From positions 248,001-312,000 of the forward strand of contig OZ025719.1 of the NCBI GenBank assembly GCA_964019335.1: a DNA stretch of 64,000 nt. The letters run 5' to 3'. A program made the position numbers and the translations under genes. A model generated the notes under the pieces. It was not told where the DNA came from and did no database searches. It worked only from the letters and a program-made list of their open reading frames with translations. This document shows, piece after piece, positions 1-11,399 of the stretch; position 1 is the stretch's first letter; each line of letters opens with the position of its first letter. This DNA is from Diplonema japonicum (Eukaryota; Protista; Euglenozoa: Diplonemea).

Positions 1-408
1 ATGGAAAACTTTCCCGGCTCTAGCCAAAATCCCATCCAGAAAATAAATAAAATAGAAAACTTTTCTTTTTGCTTGGAGCCAACACCGACCTCCTTAACTC
101 TTATATATTTCTTCTTGGGCACCCCATGCACACTGAAATTTTATCGAGTTTCTTTTCCTTTTTGTTCGGCTTTCATCATTCTGCAGGATAAAGAACACCG
201 ATTTTTGCATGAAAGTCGCCAACTCTTTCTGTTCTCTGAAAGCCTGAAAGGTTCATCATCACCCACCACTGTGATATTGATCTTTTCCTAAACGTTTATT
301 TATTCGCTTTTTACTTCTTTTTTTTTTTGATTTCTCCTTTTTTATTCCCACAAAACGTCCGTTGGACTGCATCGCGAGCTTTCAGATTCACACAAACACA
401 ACATAAAC

Positions 409-3276
409 ATGAAGTTATTTGCAGTGCTTGCGCTGCTTTCGGCAGGCTCTATGGCGAATGTGACCCCTTTGCCACCAACCAGTGCCCCTTCTACTTATGC
501 CCCACCGACCAATGCCCCTTCTACTTATGCACCACCGACCAGTGCCCCTTCTACTTCTGCGCCGGGTTCACCTGTTACTTATGCACCACCGACCAGTGCC
601 CCTTCTACTTATGCACCACCGACCAATGCCCCTTCTACTTCTGCGCCGGGTTCACCTGTTACTTACGCACCACCGACCAGTGCCCCTTCTACTTCTGCGC
701 CGGGTTCACCTGTTACTTATGCACCACCGACCAGTGCCCCTTCTACTTACGCCCCACCGACCAGTGCCCCTTCTACTTATGCCCCACCGACCAGTGCCCC
801 TTCTACTTCTGCGCCGGGTTCACCTGTTACTTACGCACCACCGACCAGTGCACCACCGACCAGTGCCCCTTCTACTTCTGCGCCGGGTTCACCTGTTACT
901 TATGCACCACCGACCAGTGCCCCTTCTACTTCTGCGCCGGGTTCACCTGTTACTTATGCACCACCGACCAGTGCCCCTTCTACTTCTGCGCCGGGTTCAC
1001 CTGTTACTTATGCACCACCGACCAGTGCCCCTTCTACTTCTGCGCCGGGTTCACCTGTTACTTATGCACCACCGACCAGTGCCCCTTCTACTTATGCACC
1101 ACCGACCAATGCCCCTTCTACTTACGCACCACCGACCAGTGCCCCTTCTACTTCTGCGCCGGGTTCACCTGTTACTTATACACCACCGACCAGTGCCCCT
1201 TCTACTTATGCACCACCGACCAATGCCCCTTCTACTTATGCACCACCGACCAGTGCCCCTTCTACTTATGCCCCACCAACCAATGCCCCTTCTACTTATG
1301 CACCACCGACCAGTGCCCCTTCTACTTCTGCGCCGGGTTCACCTGTTACTTATGCACCACCGACCAGTGCCCCTTCTACTTATGCACCACCGACCAATGC
1401 CCCTTCTACTTATGCCCCACCAACCAATGCCCCTTCTACTTATGCACCACCGACCAGTGCCCCTTCTACTTCTGCGCCGGATTCACCTGTTACTTACGCA
1501 CCACCGACCAATGCCCCTTCTACTTATGCCCCACCTACCAGCCGTGTCCCAACCGGTTCCCCTGGTGCACTCGTTACTTCTGCCCCTTCTACTTACGCCC
1601 CACCGACCAGTGCCACCTCGTCAAGCGCACCCGTTCCGATGTCTTCTTCTGGTCCTGCTACACCTATTCCGCCAACCAGCGTCACCGGTTCACCCGCCAC
1701 TTCTGCTCCTGCTAGCAAGATGCCAAGCCCTTCGAACGGACCTGTGACATCAAGCCCGGCCTCTGGTGCCCCCAGGCCTTCTTCTGGTCCTGTCACACCT
1801 TCTGTCGCGCCACCAACCAGCGCCCCTTCGTCTGGTGCGCCTATTCCTACCTCTGGTCCTGCGAGCAAGATTCCGATGCCTTCTTCTGGTCCTGCGACGC
1901 CTCTTCCGCCAACCAGCGTTACCGGTTCACCCGCCACTTCTGCTCCTGCAAGCAAGATGCCAAGCCCTTCGAACGGACCTGTCTCATCAAGCCCGGCCTC
2001 TGGTGCACCGATGCCTACCTCTGGCCCTGCGAGCACCATTCCGAGCCCTTCGAATGGGCCTGTGTCTGGTGCACCGATGCCTACCTCTGGTCCGGCCTCT
2101 GGTGCTCCCATTCGTACCTCTGCCCCCTCGAGCAGGGTGCCGTCGCCGACGACAGCCCACAACTGCGAGTGGAGCGAGAAGACGGAGGCCCCTTGGACTG
2201 CGGCGCAGAAGAAGTACTGCTGTGAGAAGGAAGGGGTTCGTTGCCCTGAGAAGAAGTCGTCTGAAGAGGAGGCGGAACTGAAGAAGTGCTTGATGGAGCT
2301 GGAGAAGAAGGGGGAGTCATCCACAAACTGCTGCAAGGTTCATGGAGTGGGGTGCCCTTCTGAGAAGTACGTGTGCGTGGCTGGGGAGACTATGTCGAAG
2401 GCGAAGAGGGAGTGGTGCTGCAAGGAGAAGGACATCGGGTGCCGTGTGGACTGCGAGGCGGAATCGTTGTCGGAGACGGAGGACAAGGAGTTCTGCTGTC
2501 AGGAGAAGGGGACCTGGTGCGGGGTGGAGACACAGCAAGAGCAGGCGGTACCGACCGGCTCGCTCAGCTTCAGGCTGAAGATGAAGGGAGATGCGGCGAG
2601 CCTCCTTGCGAACCCGAAGCAGTTCTTGAGGAGGTTCCGTGTGTCGATGCTGGCGGCCTCACCCGCTCTTCGGAAGAAGCCCGAAGACCTCGTGGTGACG
2701 AGGATCGGGTCGCTGATGGCAGGGAACGCAGTCCCAAAGCTTGGGCGGTGGTTCGTGGACGTACCGCTGCAGTGGAACTCGGAGCCCCTGCAGGAGGGAA
2801 TGTCTTTCAACGGGAGGAACGGGAAGGCTCTTGGGGCGGCGGCTGTGAGCTCTTCCTCGCAGGTGGGTGACGATGGTGTGTTCACAGAGTACTACTTCAA
2901 GAAGGGGAGCGAGGGGAAGGAGGAGGTGGAGGCAGCTGTGGCGCAAGCGTTGGAGAACAAAGGTCCTCTCGCTGACAACCAGCGTGGGTACGGGATGGTG
3001 GTGGAGCCCGTGGAGGGAGGCACTGAGGAGCTGAAGAAGGATGACGACAACGACAGTGCATGGAGCCCCCTCGCCTACGCTGCTGCGGCGGCAGGCGGTC
3101 TTCTCTGTGTCGGTGGTGTTGCGGCTCTCTCAGTCTTCCACAAGAAAAGGCAAGCGAAGGACCAAGAAGGTACCATGCAGCAGCTGACTTTGGAAATGGT
3201 TGCAGCCGAAGACCCTGAGGAATACAAGGTTGGCCGCAGAGTGGGCTCGTGTAGGCCTACGCGGATAGAAATCTAA
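409..3276 (+). CDS. Mucin-like type I membrane protein, copy 1 (signal peptide, Pro/Ser/Thr repeats, Cys-rich CC-repeat domain, TM, short tail)
   Basis: 955-aa ORF. Signal peptide MKLFAVLALLSAGSMA, PTSAPSTYA-type repeats, repeated (W)..K..CC...G..C modules, TM AYAAAAAGGLLCVGGVAALSVF followed by HKKR stop-transfer. Confidence 0.9.
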   Translation: MKLFAVLALLSAGSMANVTPLPPTSAPSTYAPPTNAPSTYAPPTSAPSTSAPGSPVTYAPPTSAPSTYAPPTNAPSTSAPGSPVTYAPPTSAPSTSAPGSPVTYAPPTSAPSTYAPPTSAPSTYAPPTSAPSTSAPGSPVTYAPPTSAPPTSAPSTSAPGSPVTYAPPTSAPSTSAPGSPVTYAPPTSAPSTSAPGSPVTYAPPTSAPSTSAPGSPVTYAPPTSAPSTYAPPTNAPSTYAPPTSAPSTSAPGSPVTYTPPTSAPSTYAPPTNAPSTYAPPTSAPSTYAPPTNAPSTYAPPTSAPSTSAPGSPVTYAPPTSAPSTYAPPTNAPSTYAPPTNAPSTYAPPTSAPSTSAPDSPVTYAPPTNAPSTYAPPTSRVPTGSPGALVTSAPSTYAPPTSATSSSAPVPMSSSGPATPIPPTSVTGSPATSAPASKMPSPSNGPVTSSPASGAPRPSSGPVTPSVAPPTSAPSSGAPIPTSGPASKIPMPSSGPATPLPPTSVTGSPATSAPASKMPSPSNGPVSSSPASGAPMPTSGPASTIPSPSNGPVSGAPMPTSGPASGAPIRTSAPSSRVPSPTTAHNCEWSEKTEAPWTAAQKKYCCEKEGVRCPEKKSSEEEAELKKCLMELEKKGESSTNCCKVHGVGCPSEKYVCVAGETMSKAKREWCCKEKDIGCRVDCEAESLSETEDKEFCCQEKGTWCGVETQQEQAVPTGSLSFRLKMKGDAASLLANPKQFLRRFRVSMLAASPALRKKPEDLVVTRIGSLMAGNAVPKLGRWFVDVPLQWNSEPLQEGMSFNGRNGKALGAAAVSSSSQVGDDGVFTEYYFKKGSEGKEEVEAAVAQALENKGPLADNQRGYGMVVEPVEGGTEELKKDDDNDSAWSPLAYAAAAAGGLLCVGGVAALSVFHKKRQAKDQEGTMQQLTLEMVAAEDPEEYKVGRRVGSCRPTRIEI
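472..1540 (+). repeat. Coding tandem repeat of interspersed 30-bp (PPTSAPSTYA) and 54-bp (PPTSAPSTSAPGSPVTYA) units
   Basis: Directly visible reiteration of ccaccgaccagtgccccttctact. Confidence 0.95.
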
Positions 3277-3338
3277 ATTGTATTTGTTTCAAAAAAAACT
3301 GAGCCAGAGCTCACTTCCGGTTAGGTTAACTAACTTTC

Positions 3339-3772
3339 CATATCCGCTAAGTGACCCTGCCAATGTCCTAAGGGGATTATAGGGGAAAAAAGGCAAAAAT
3401 TCTCAAAGGTTCACTGAATTCTTTTTTTCAAAAAATCCATATGTCGGAAATGAAAGAACGGTGAGTTCCAAGGAAGTTCCAAAAAAAGTTTTCCAAAAAA
3501 AAAAAAAAAAAAAAAAAAATCTTGGGGGCCAACCAAAATGACCTCAGAAGTCGCCATTTTTGGGTTTTGGCCATTTTACTCTTCAGTGGTTTTAGAGGTT
3601 TGTATACCAAAAGGTTTTATAGTACAAAAAGGTTTTATAGTACAAAAAGATTTCCATATGTCGGACATCGGGCCCCGGAAGCAAATAAATCCGTTCCAGC
3701 CCTAGAAAAAGCAATTGGAAATTTTCTTAGCTCTTCAAAATGCGGGCTCTGGTGGGTCACTTAGCGGATATG
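3339..3772. mobile_element. MITE-like element with perfect 19-bp inverted termini
   Basis: catatccgctaagtgaccc (3339-3357) is the exact reverse complement of gggtcacttagcggatatg (3754-3772). The outer bases can be read as a TA or ATAT target duplication. The interior is non-coding and has no counterpart downstream of paralog 2. Confidence 0.8.
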
Positions 3773-4057
3773 AAGCGTTTATTTATTTTCTTCTTTGAAC
3801 TATGGTGTCTTTGCTGGTAACATTAAAGTAACTGCTTCTCAAGATAAAGTGCCACCAGTATCCCTTGTGACAACTTTGTTGCACTTGCATGCTGCACGTT
3901 CTTTTTTCTGAGAGCAATTTCTATTATATTGTTGTAGGGTATTTCTTTTGCCCTGTCGTGATTGCATTGTGCTGGCTATTCACTCTTGGGGGTAGGGGAC
4001 TCTCAAGAAGTGAAACAGTACGTTAGTAACAAGGACTTGTTGAATGCTAAGCACTGA

Positions 4058-4062
4058 CTCTC

Positions 4063-4111
<49 letters not shown>

Positions 4112-4126
4112 CCATCTATCCATCTA
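4058..4126. repeat. Compound (CT)n/(CTAT)n microsatellite
   Basis: Direct inspection. Confidence 0.9.
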
Positions 4127-4466
4127 TTTATTTCAGGCGTCCTGCCGCATACCGCAGGTACCCTTAAATGTCTCTTTTTTTATTATTTATTTTTCGCTGA
4201 AACAAGTATACAAACTTTAAAATGAGTTGTAATTGCAAAAAAGAAAAGTAGAGGCTTGCCCGTTTATCCGGTGAAAACGGCTTTAGATAAACAATCAGCT
4301 TGCTCTTTTTTTTTTCTTCTTTTTTTTTTTGTCTTGTCATGAAAGCAATCGTTTGATTGCGTTGTGCTGGCTATTCGCTCTTCTGGGGACTCTTTAAGTG
4401 GTGAAACAGTACGTTTGTTTGAACTTATTTTGAATGCTAAGCACCGACCCTCTCTCTTTGTGTCAT

Positions 4467-4499
<33 letters not shown>

Positions 4500-4615
4500 C
4501 TAATGCAGCATGTGCGAGTTTACCATTTTGTTTTTGGCACGTTAGCGATGAATGTGGTGGTCGTTGCAGAGGCCTATTGGAAGTATTGGACGATTCAGAA
4601 AACGCAGAACAGTTT

Positions 4616-4647
<32 letters not shown>

Positions 4648-5355
4648 TTTTCTTTTTTTTTTTTTAAACGTTCTTGTAGTAAAGGGATGACAATACTAAG
4701 TTTCCCAGGCGAATTAGAAAAAGAAAAAAACACGAAGAGTAAAAGAATGGGACGGTAAGCAAAAAAAAAAAAAAGGAAAAAAAATGAAATCCCGTGGATT
4801 TGAAACAAATGCACGAAGAAACAATAAATAATAAGAATTGAATTGAAAAAAAAAGGAAAAACCCCATATTAAGCTAGTAACAACAAATAAACAAAAAAAG
4901 GAACACTCTTTGTACAAATAAAAGCACTATTCTCGCTTTCTTTTTTGACCTTGGCTTTCTCCCACTCAAAGCGCTGCGACGCAACACGATGTCACCGCTC
5001 TCTCCTGAGCCCTTTAGAAAGGAAATCATGCGAGAACACGTGGCACCGTTTCTGTATTGTGGTCGTTTGCTAGCCTGTTAGGGCCCTATTTTTTTTTTTT
5101 TTTTTTTTCAATTTCCAAAAGGATTGGTGTTTGAACATACTCTCCAGGTGTGTTTACTTGCTGCTGGTCTCTCAAGTCTCTTCCCTCCACTTTTATTTTC
5201 TACGGGACCACAGGGGACTTGAGAGGCTTCAGGGCGAAGCTCCACCAGGGGCATGGCTCTACTAAAATCGAGACTGTTTTTTTAATATTTTCTTTGCGCT
5301 TTTTTTTCCTGCAGAAGTCACGGAACTTTAAGATTCACACAAACACAACATAAAC

Positions 5356-8300
5356 ATGAAGCTCTTTGCAGTGCTTGCGCTGCTTTCGGCAGGCTCTATG
5401 GCGAATGTGACCCCTTTGCCACCAACCAGTGCCCCTTCTACTTATGCACCACCGACTAGTGCCCCTTCTACTTCTGCGCCGGGTTCACCTGTTACACCTA
5501 CTTACGCACCACCGACCAGCGCCCCTTCTACTTATGCCCCATCGACTAGTGCTCCTTTGGGTCCTGCCACACCTACTTACGCACCATCGACTAGTGCTCC
5601 TTCGGGTCCTGCCACACCAACTTACGCCCCATCGACTAGTGCTCCTTCGGGTCCTGCCACACCAACTTACGCCCCATCGACTAGTGCTCCTTCGGGTCCT
5701 GCCACACCTACTTACGCGCCACCGACTAGTGCTCCTTCGGGTCCTGCCACACCAACTTATGCCCCATCGACTAGTGCTCCTTCGGGTCCTGCCACACCAA
5801 CTTACGCCCCATCGACTAGTGCTCCTTTGGGTCCTGCCACACCAACTTACGCACCATCGACTAGTGCTCCTTCGGGTCCTGCCACACCTACTTACGCGCC
5901 ACCGACTAGTGCTCCTTCGGGTCCTGCCACACCAACTTACGCCCCATCGACTAGTGCTCCTTCGGGTCCTGCCACACCAACTTACGCACCATCGACTAGT
6001 GCTCCTTCGGGTCCTGCCACACCAACTTACGCCCCATCGACTAGTGCTCCTTCGGGTCCTGCCACACCAACTTACGCACCATCGACTAGTGCTCCTTCGG
6101 GTCCTGCCACACCTACTTACGCCCCATCGACTAGTGCTCCTTCGGGTCCTGCCACACCAACTTACGCCCCATCGACTAGTGCTCCTTCGGGTCCTGCCAC
6201 ACCTACTTACGCGCCACCGACTAGTGCTCCTTCGGGTCCTGCCACACCAACTTACGCCCCATCGACTAGTGCTCCTTCGGGTCCTGCCACACCAACTTAC
6301 GCACCATCGACTAGTGCTCCTTCGGGTCCTGCCACACCAACTTACGCCCCATCGACTAGTGCTCCTTCGGGTCCTGCCACACCAACTTACGCACCATCGA
6401 CTAGTGCTCCTTCGGGTCCTGCCACACCTACTTACGCGCCACCGACTAGTGCTCCTTCGGGTCCTGCCACACCAACTTACGCCCCATCGACTAGTGCTCC
6501 TTCGGGTCCTGCCACACCAACTTACGCACCATCGACTAGTGCTCCTTCGGGTCCTGCCACACCAACTTATGCCCCATCGACTAGTGCTCCTTCGGGTCCT
6601 GCCACACCAACTTATGCCCCATCGACTAGTGCTCCTTCGGGTCCTGCCACACCTACTTACGCCCCATCGACTAGTGCTCCTTCGGGTCCTGCCACACCAA
6701 CTTACGCACCATCGACTAGTGCTCCTTCGGGTCCTGCCACACCTACTTACGCCCCATCGACTAGTGCTCCTTCGGGTCCTGCCACACCTACTTACGCGCC
6801 ACCGACTAGTGCTCCTTCGGGTCCTGCCACACCAACTTACGCCCCATCGACTAGTGCTCCTTCGGGTCCTGCCACACCAACTTACGCACCATCGACTAGT
6901 GCTCCTTCGGGTCCTGCCACACCAACTTATGCCCCATCGACTAGTGCTCCTTCGGGTCCTGCCACACCAACTTATGCCCCATCGACTAGTGCTCCTTCGG
7001 GTCCTGCCACACCTACTTACGCGCCACCAACCAGCGCTCCTTCTACTTATGCCCCACCTACCAGCCGTGTCCCAACCGGTTCCCCTGGTGCACTCGTTAC
7101 TTCTGCCCCTTCTACTTACGCCCCACCGACCAGTGCCACCTCGTCAAGCGCACCCGTTCCGATGTCTTCTTCTGGTCCTGCTACACCTATTCCGCCAACC
7201 AGCGTCACCGGTTCACCCGCCACTTCTGCTCCTGCTAGCAAGATGCCAAGCCCTTCGAACGGACCTGTGACATCAAGCCCGGCCTCTGGTGCCCCCAGGC
7301 CTTCTTCTGGTCCTGTCACACCTTCTGTCGCGCCACCAACCAGCGCCCCTTCGTCTGGTGCGCCTATTCCTACCTCTGGTCCTGCGAGCAAGATTCCGAT
7401 GCCTTCTTCTGGTCCTGCGACGCCTCTTCCGCCAACCAGCGTTACCGGTTCACCCGCCACTTCTGCTCCTGCAAGCAAGATGCCAAGCCCTTCGAACGGA
7501 CCTGTCTCATCAAGCCCGGCCTCTGGTGCACCGATGCCTACCTCTGGCCCTGCGAGCACCATTCCGAGCCCTTCGAATGGGCCTGTGTCTGGTGCACCGA
7601 TGCCTACCTCTGGTCCGGCCTCTGGTGCTCCCATTCGTACCTCTGCCCCCTCGAGCAGGGTGCCGTCGCCGACGACAGCCCACAACTGCGAGTGGAGCGA
7701 GAAGACGGAGGCCCCTTGGACTGCGGCGCAGAAGAAGTACTGCTGTGAGAAGGAAGGGGTTCGTTGCCCTGAGAAGAAGTCGTCTGAAGAGGAGGCGGAA
7801 CTGAAGAAGTGCTTGATGGAGCTGGAGAAGAAGGGGGAGTCATCCACAAACTGCTGCAAGGTTCATGGAGTGGGGTGCCCTTCTGAGAAGTACGTGTGCG
7901 TGGCTGGGGAGACTATGTCGAAGGCGAAGAGGGAGTGGTGCTGCAAGGAGAAGGACATCGGGTGCCGTGTGGACTGCGAGGCGGAATCGTTGTCGGAGAC
8001 GGAGGACAAGGAGTTCTGCTGTCAGGAGAAGGGGACCTGGTGCGGGGTGGAGACACAGCAAGAGCAGGCGGTACCGACCGGCTCGCTCAGCTTCAGGCTG
8101 AAGATGAAGGGAGATGCGGCGAGCCTCCTTGCGAACCCGAAGCAGTTCTTGAGGAGGTTCCGTGTGTCGATGCTGGCGGCCTCACCCGCTCTTCGGAAGA
8201 AGCCCGAAGACCTCGTGGTGACGAGGATCGGGTCGCTGATGGCAGGGAACGCAGTCCCAAAGCTTGGGCGGTGGTTCGTGGACGTACCGCTGCAGTGGAA

Positions 8301-8784
8301 CTCGGAGCCCCTGCAGGAGGGAATGTCTTTCAACGGGAGGAACGGGAAGGCTCTTGGGGCGGCGGCTGTGAGCTCTTCCTCGCAGGTGGGTGACGATGGT
8401 GTGTTCACAGAGTACTACTTCAAGAAGGGGAGCGAGGGGAAGGAGGAGGTGGAGGCAGCTGTGGCGCAAGCGTTGGAGAACAAAGGTCCTCTCGCTGACA
8501 ACCAGCGTGGGTACGGGATGGTGGTGGAGCCCGTGGAGGGAGGCACTGAGGAGCTGAAGAAGGATGACGACAACGACAGTGCATGGAGCCCCCTCGCCTA
8601 CGCTGCTGCGGCGGCAGGCGGTCTTCTCTGTGTCGGTGGTGTTGCGGCTCTCTCAGTCTTCCACAAGAAGAGGCAAGCGAAGGACCAAGAAGGTACCATG
8701 CAGCAGCTGTGCCAGGCTATGGAGATGGCTGCAGCTGAAGACCCTGAGGAATACAAGGTTGGCCGCGAGGTGGGCTCTGTGTAG
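5356..8784 (+). CDS. Mucin-like type I membrane protein, copy 2
   Basis: 1142-aa ORF. Same signal peptide as copy 1 and near-identical C-terminal ~1.7 kb, but a different repeat unit. Confidence 0.9.
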   Translation: MKLFAVLALLSAGSMANVTPLPPTSAPSTYAPPTSAPSTSAPGSPVTPTYAPPTSAPSTYAPSTSAPLGPATPTYAPSTSAPSGPATPTYAPSTSAPSGPATPTYAPSTSAPSGPATPTYAPPTSAPSGPATPTYAPSTSAPSGPATPTYAPSTSAPLGPATPTYAPSTSAPSGPATPTYAPPTSAPSGPATPTYAPSTSAPSGPATPTYAPSTSAPSGPATPTYAPSTSAPSGPATPTYAPSTSAPSGPATPTYAPSTSAPSGPATPTYAPSTSAPSGPATPTYAPPTSAPSGPATPTYAPSTSAPSGPATPTYAPSTSAPSGPATPTYAPSTSAPSGPATPTYAPSTSAPSGPATPTYAPPTSAPSGPATPTYAPSTSAPSGPATPTYAPSTSAPSGPATPTYAPSTSAPSGPATPTYAPSTSAPSGPATPTYAPSTSAPSGPATPTYAPSTSAPSGPATPTYAPSTSAPSGPATPTYAPPTSAPSGPATPTYAPSTSAPSGPATPTYAPSTSAPSGPATPTYAPSTSAPSGPATPTYAPSTSAPSGPATPTYAPPTSAPSTYAPPTSRVPTGSPGALVTSAPSTYAPPTSATSSSAPVPMSSSGPATPIPPTSVTGSPATSAPASKMPSPSNGPVTSSPASGAPRPSSGPVTPSVAPPTSAPSSGAPIPTSGPASKIPMPSSGPATPLPPTSVTGSPATSAPASKMPSPSNGPVSSSPASGAPMPTSGPASTIPSPSNGPVSGAPMPTSGPASGAPIRTSAPSSRVPSPTTAHNCEWSEKTEAPWTAAQKKYCCEKEGVRCPEKKSSEEEAELKKCLMELEKKGESSTNCCKVHGVGCPSEKYVCVAGETMSKAKREWCCKEKDIGCRVDCEAESLSETEDKEFCCQEKGTWCGVETQQEQAVPTGSLSFRLKMKGDAASLLANPKQFLRRFRVSMLAASPALRKKPEDLVVTRIGSLMAGNAVPKLGRWFVDVPLQWNSEPLQEGMSFNGRNGKALGAAAVSSSSQVGDDGVFTEYYFKKGSEGKEEVEAAVAQALENKGPLADNQRGYGMVVEPVEGGTEELKKDDDNDSAWSPLAYAAAAAGGLLCVGGVAALSVFHKKRQAKDQEGTMQQLCQAMEMAAAEDPEEYKVGREVGSV
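5497..7030 (+). repeat. Coding minisatellite, 45-bp unit (PSTSAPSGPATPTYA), about 33 copies
   Basis: atcgactagtgctccttcgggtcctgccacaccaacttacgcccc repeated at a 45-bp period. Confidence 0.95.
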
Positions 8785-9325
8785 GCCTGCAATGGCAATA
8801 TGCGATTGTTTAGCCACTCCCTTAGTTATGATGGACTTCTTGGGATGTCTTCTTCTTTCTTTCTTTTCTTTCTTTTTCTTTTTTTTTTAATTATTGTGTC
8901 TCGTTGCGAACTTCAAAGCAAATCCGCATGAGGAGAGGATGGAACAACAACCAGTATCCCTTGTGGCAACATGTTGCACTTGCATGCTGCACGTTCCTGT
9001 CCCTCAGGGAAGTTTTGATGTTTATTTGTTGTATCCTGTCATGAAGCTATCGTTTGATAGTGCTGGCGCCAGACAAATATGACACCAGGCTGGCTATTCA
9101 CTCTTGGGAGGCCTCCTAAGTGGTGAAACAGCACAATTTTGGTTGATTTTTTTTTTTTTTTTTTTTTGCCTTGCCCACCGCAATGGCCTCCTTATATCTC
9201 GGATGTAAATTATCGAGTTTACCCCCCCCCTCTATTGTAACAACTTCTTACCTGTGATAAGTATCTGATTTAAACTTATCTTTTAGGGTATTTTTTTTTT
9301 CTTCATTTTTTTTTAAATGTCTCTT

Positions 9326-9359
<34 letters not shown>

Positions 9360-9774
9360 CTTTTTTTTTTTTCCTTCTTCCTCTTGAAACGAAGAAGCCC
9401 TCTCTCCCTCCAAATGAATTGAACAAAAAGAACTACAGAATTGAACAAGAAAAAAAAAAAAAAATACAAAAATAAAAAAGACAACAGACAATAAAAGGTC
9501 CCAGAAGCACACTGTGACACAGCGCAACATGCCTCCTCTCCCTCCTATGCTACTTTGACTTTGGTGAAAGTGCGATGCGGGATATCCTGGATTGTTGCAC
9601 CGTTGGATGCGGTTTGTTCGTTGCGATGATGTTTTCTTCTTCTTTTTTTTTTTCCTGCTAATTTTTTTTACTACTACCTCTCTCTTTTTTTTTTTATTTT
9701 ATTTTTATTGTTCTCCCTTCACTTTTTTTTTCCCCCTCGCACCCCTCAAAGTTTTATTTAAAAAAAAAAAAAAA

Positions 9775-10053
9775 ATGAAGCTCCTTGCAGTGTTAGTGAG
9801 TGTGATGCTGCTTTCCGTGAGCAGTGTTGTAGGATGCACGGCACCCCAGGACAAGGTTCCGGAAAAACTTATCACCACAACGGACGAAGGAGCAAATATT
9901 GTTGGGCCCTTGACACCCTCTGTCCCTTTACCGAAAGGGGACCCACCTGCAAGGAAAGAAGACGTTCATCACAGCCAGCCGGATGCACACGTAACTCCTC
10001 AGAACACCCGCAGGAAATTTGCGATTCATTTCTATTTAATTTTCACGTGGTGA
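9775..10053 (+). CDS. Small putative secreted protein (92 aa)
   Basis: ATG follows an A-run as in other genes here. Hydrophobic signal-like N-terminus MKLLAVLVSVMLLSVSSVVG. No recognisable domain. Confidence 0.4.
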   Translation: MKLLAVLVSVMLLSVSSVVGCTAPQDKVPEKLITTTDEGANIVGPLTPSVPLPKGDPPARKEDVHHSQPDAHVTPQNTRRKFAIHFYLIFTW

Positions 10054-10081
10054 AGCCCGAAACACGAAGAAAGAACTACAC

Positions 10082-10157
<76 letters not shown>

Positions 10158-10187
10158 ATCTATCCTTTTTCTTTTATTTATTATTAA

Positions 10188-10393
10188 CCATCTAACCATC
10201 TAACCAACGGACCACTTTTTGCCCATCAGGGTATTTTTTCAAAAATTTCCGGGGCTGCATACCACTTGAAATGCCTCCAGATGAAATTTCCCTAATAGTC
10301 TTTAAAGCACGGAGTCACGCAAAGTTGTACCAGGCAGGCTGAACACTGAATCTGGGGTCTTTCCGCGCTAGTTAGACGCTCGTTGGTAGATGG
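10188..10393. mobile_element. piggyBac-like MITE with TTAA target-site duplication
   Basis: TTAA (10184-87) + ccatctaaccatctaaccaacg ... cgttggtagatgg + TTAA (10394-97). Termini are inverted repeats starting CC. Confidence 0.7.
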
Positions 10394-11357
10394 TTAAATT
10401 TAATAAAACTTTTTATTCTTTCCTCCTCTCTTTGCTGCCTTGCATGCAGCTGAACCCCCCCCCCTCTCCCCCTTCTTGTCATTCGAAGTGGCGTAATGAG
10501 AAAGCGCCCCTGATCTCACACCCCGATTCGGGCCTTAATAAGGCCTGGCCTTCCGGTTATATCATGCTGTGTTTCAGAGAGGTCCACCCCCATTTTGTTT
10601 ACGATGATTTGTTGGGCAGAACTGCCTTTTTCTCCGGGAGGGGGAAACAAAATGTTTTAAAAGAATGCGTGATAGAAAGAATGGAAGAAAAAAAAAAAGA
10701 ACGGGAAGTGAACATATTAAAAAAAAAAGGAGTCATAAGAACAGCCCCCCCCCCCCCCCCCCCCGACTTGGTAAAATAATGAAAAAAGGGGGTTTTTTTC
10801 TTTTTAAAAACAAGCTTTTAACTTTTTTTTTACCTTTTACTATTCCATCACTGTTTTGAGCGCACCACATATCCTGTAGGGTCCGGAGCTAGACCATCAT
10901 AGTTGATTGGAAAAAAAGAAAAAGCAAAAAAAAAAGAAGGAAAAAAAAAACAAGAGAACGAAATAGACTTATAAAGGGGGGCCCCGAATAATTCTATCCC
11001 AATTAATGTGGTTTTTTCCCAAATTCTTTTTTTAGGTGGTGGGGATAACATGGAAATATAAGAAGTACATCAGATGTGTTGTTCGCTGTTGACCTCCTCG
11101 TCGGTCATCACCGGTAGCGCCCGAGTGGAAGAACGTATCGCAGATGCTCAGGGTGACGAACAGGCAGCAAACTGCACGAGCGCAGAATCTTGGTTACCCG
11201 GGACGCCCCGGCTAGGGTTGAGCACACCGCATGCATTAAGGACACGACGCGGAACGCAGAAGAAGCTACTGCTCGGCCGAGGAGCGCCCCCTGTAATCAA
11301 GTAGGTATTTCGTGCTTCGTTGCACGCTTAACGCCACCTAGTGTTGCAATCAAAGCC

Positions 11358-11399
<42 letters not shown>

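Noticed and set aside
327-1747. Long Cys-rich (327-1715) and Leu/His-rich (482-1747; also 5429-7270) ORFs
   Set aside because: Alternative frames of stop-free tandem repeats inside the mucin genes.
5497-7030. Regular 45-bp repeat considered as a CRISPR array
   Set aside because: No unique spacers; it is an in-frame coding minisatellite in a eukaryote.
11074-11340. GC-richer island with short ORFs
   Set aside because: No coherent frame or recognisable motif; may be a decayed gene or repeat.
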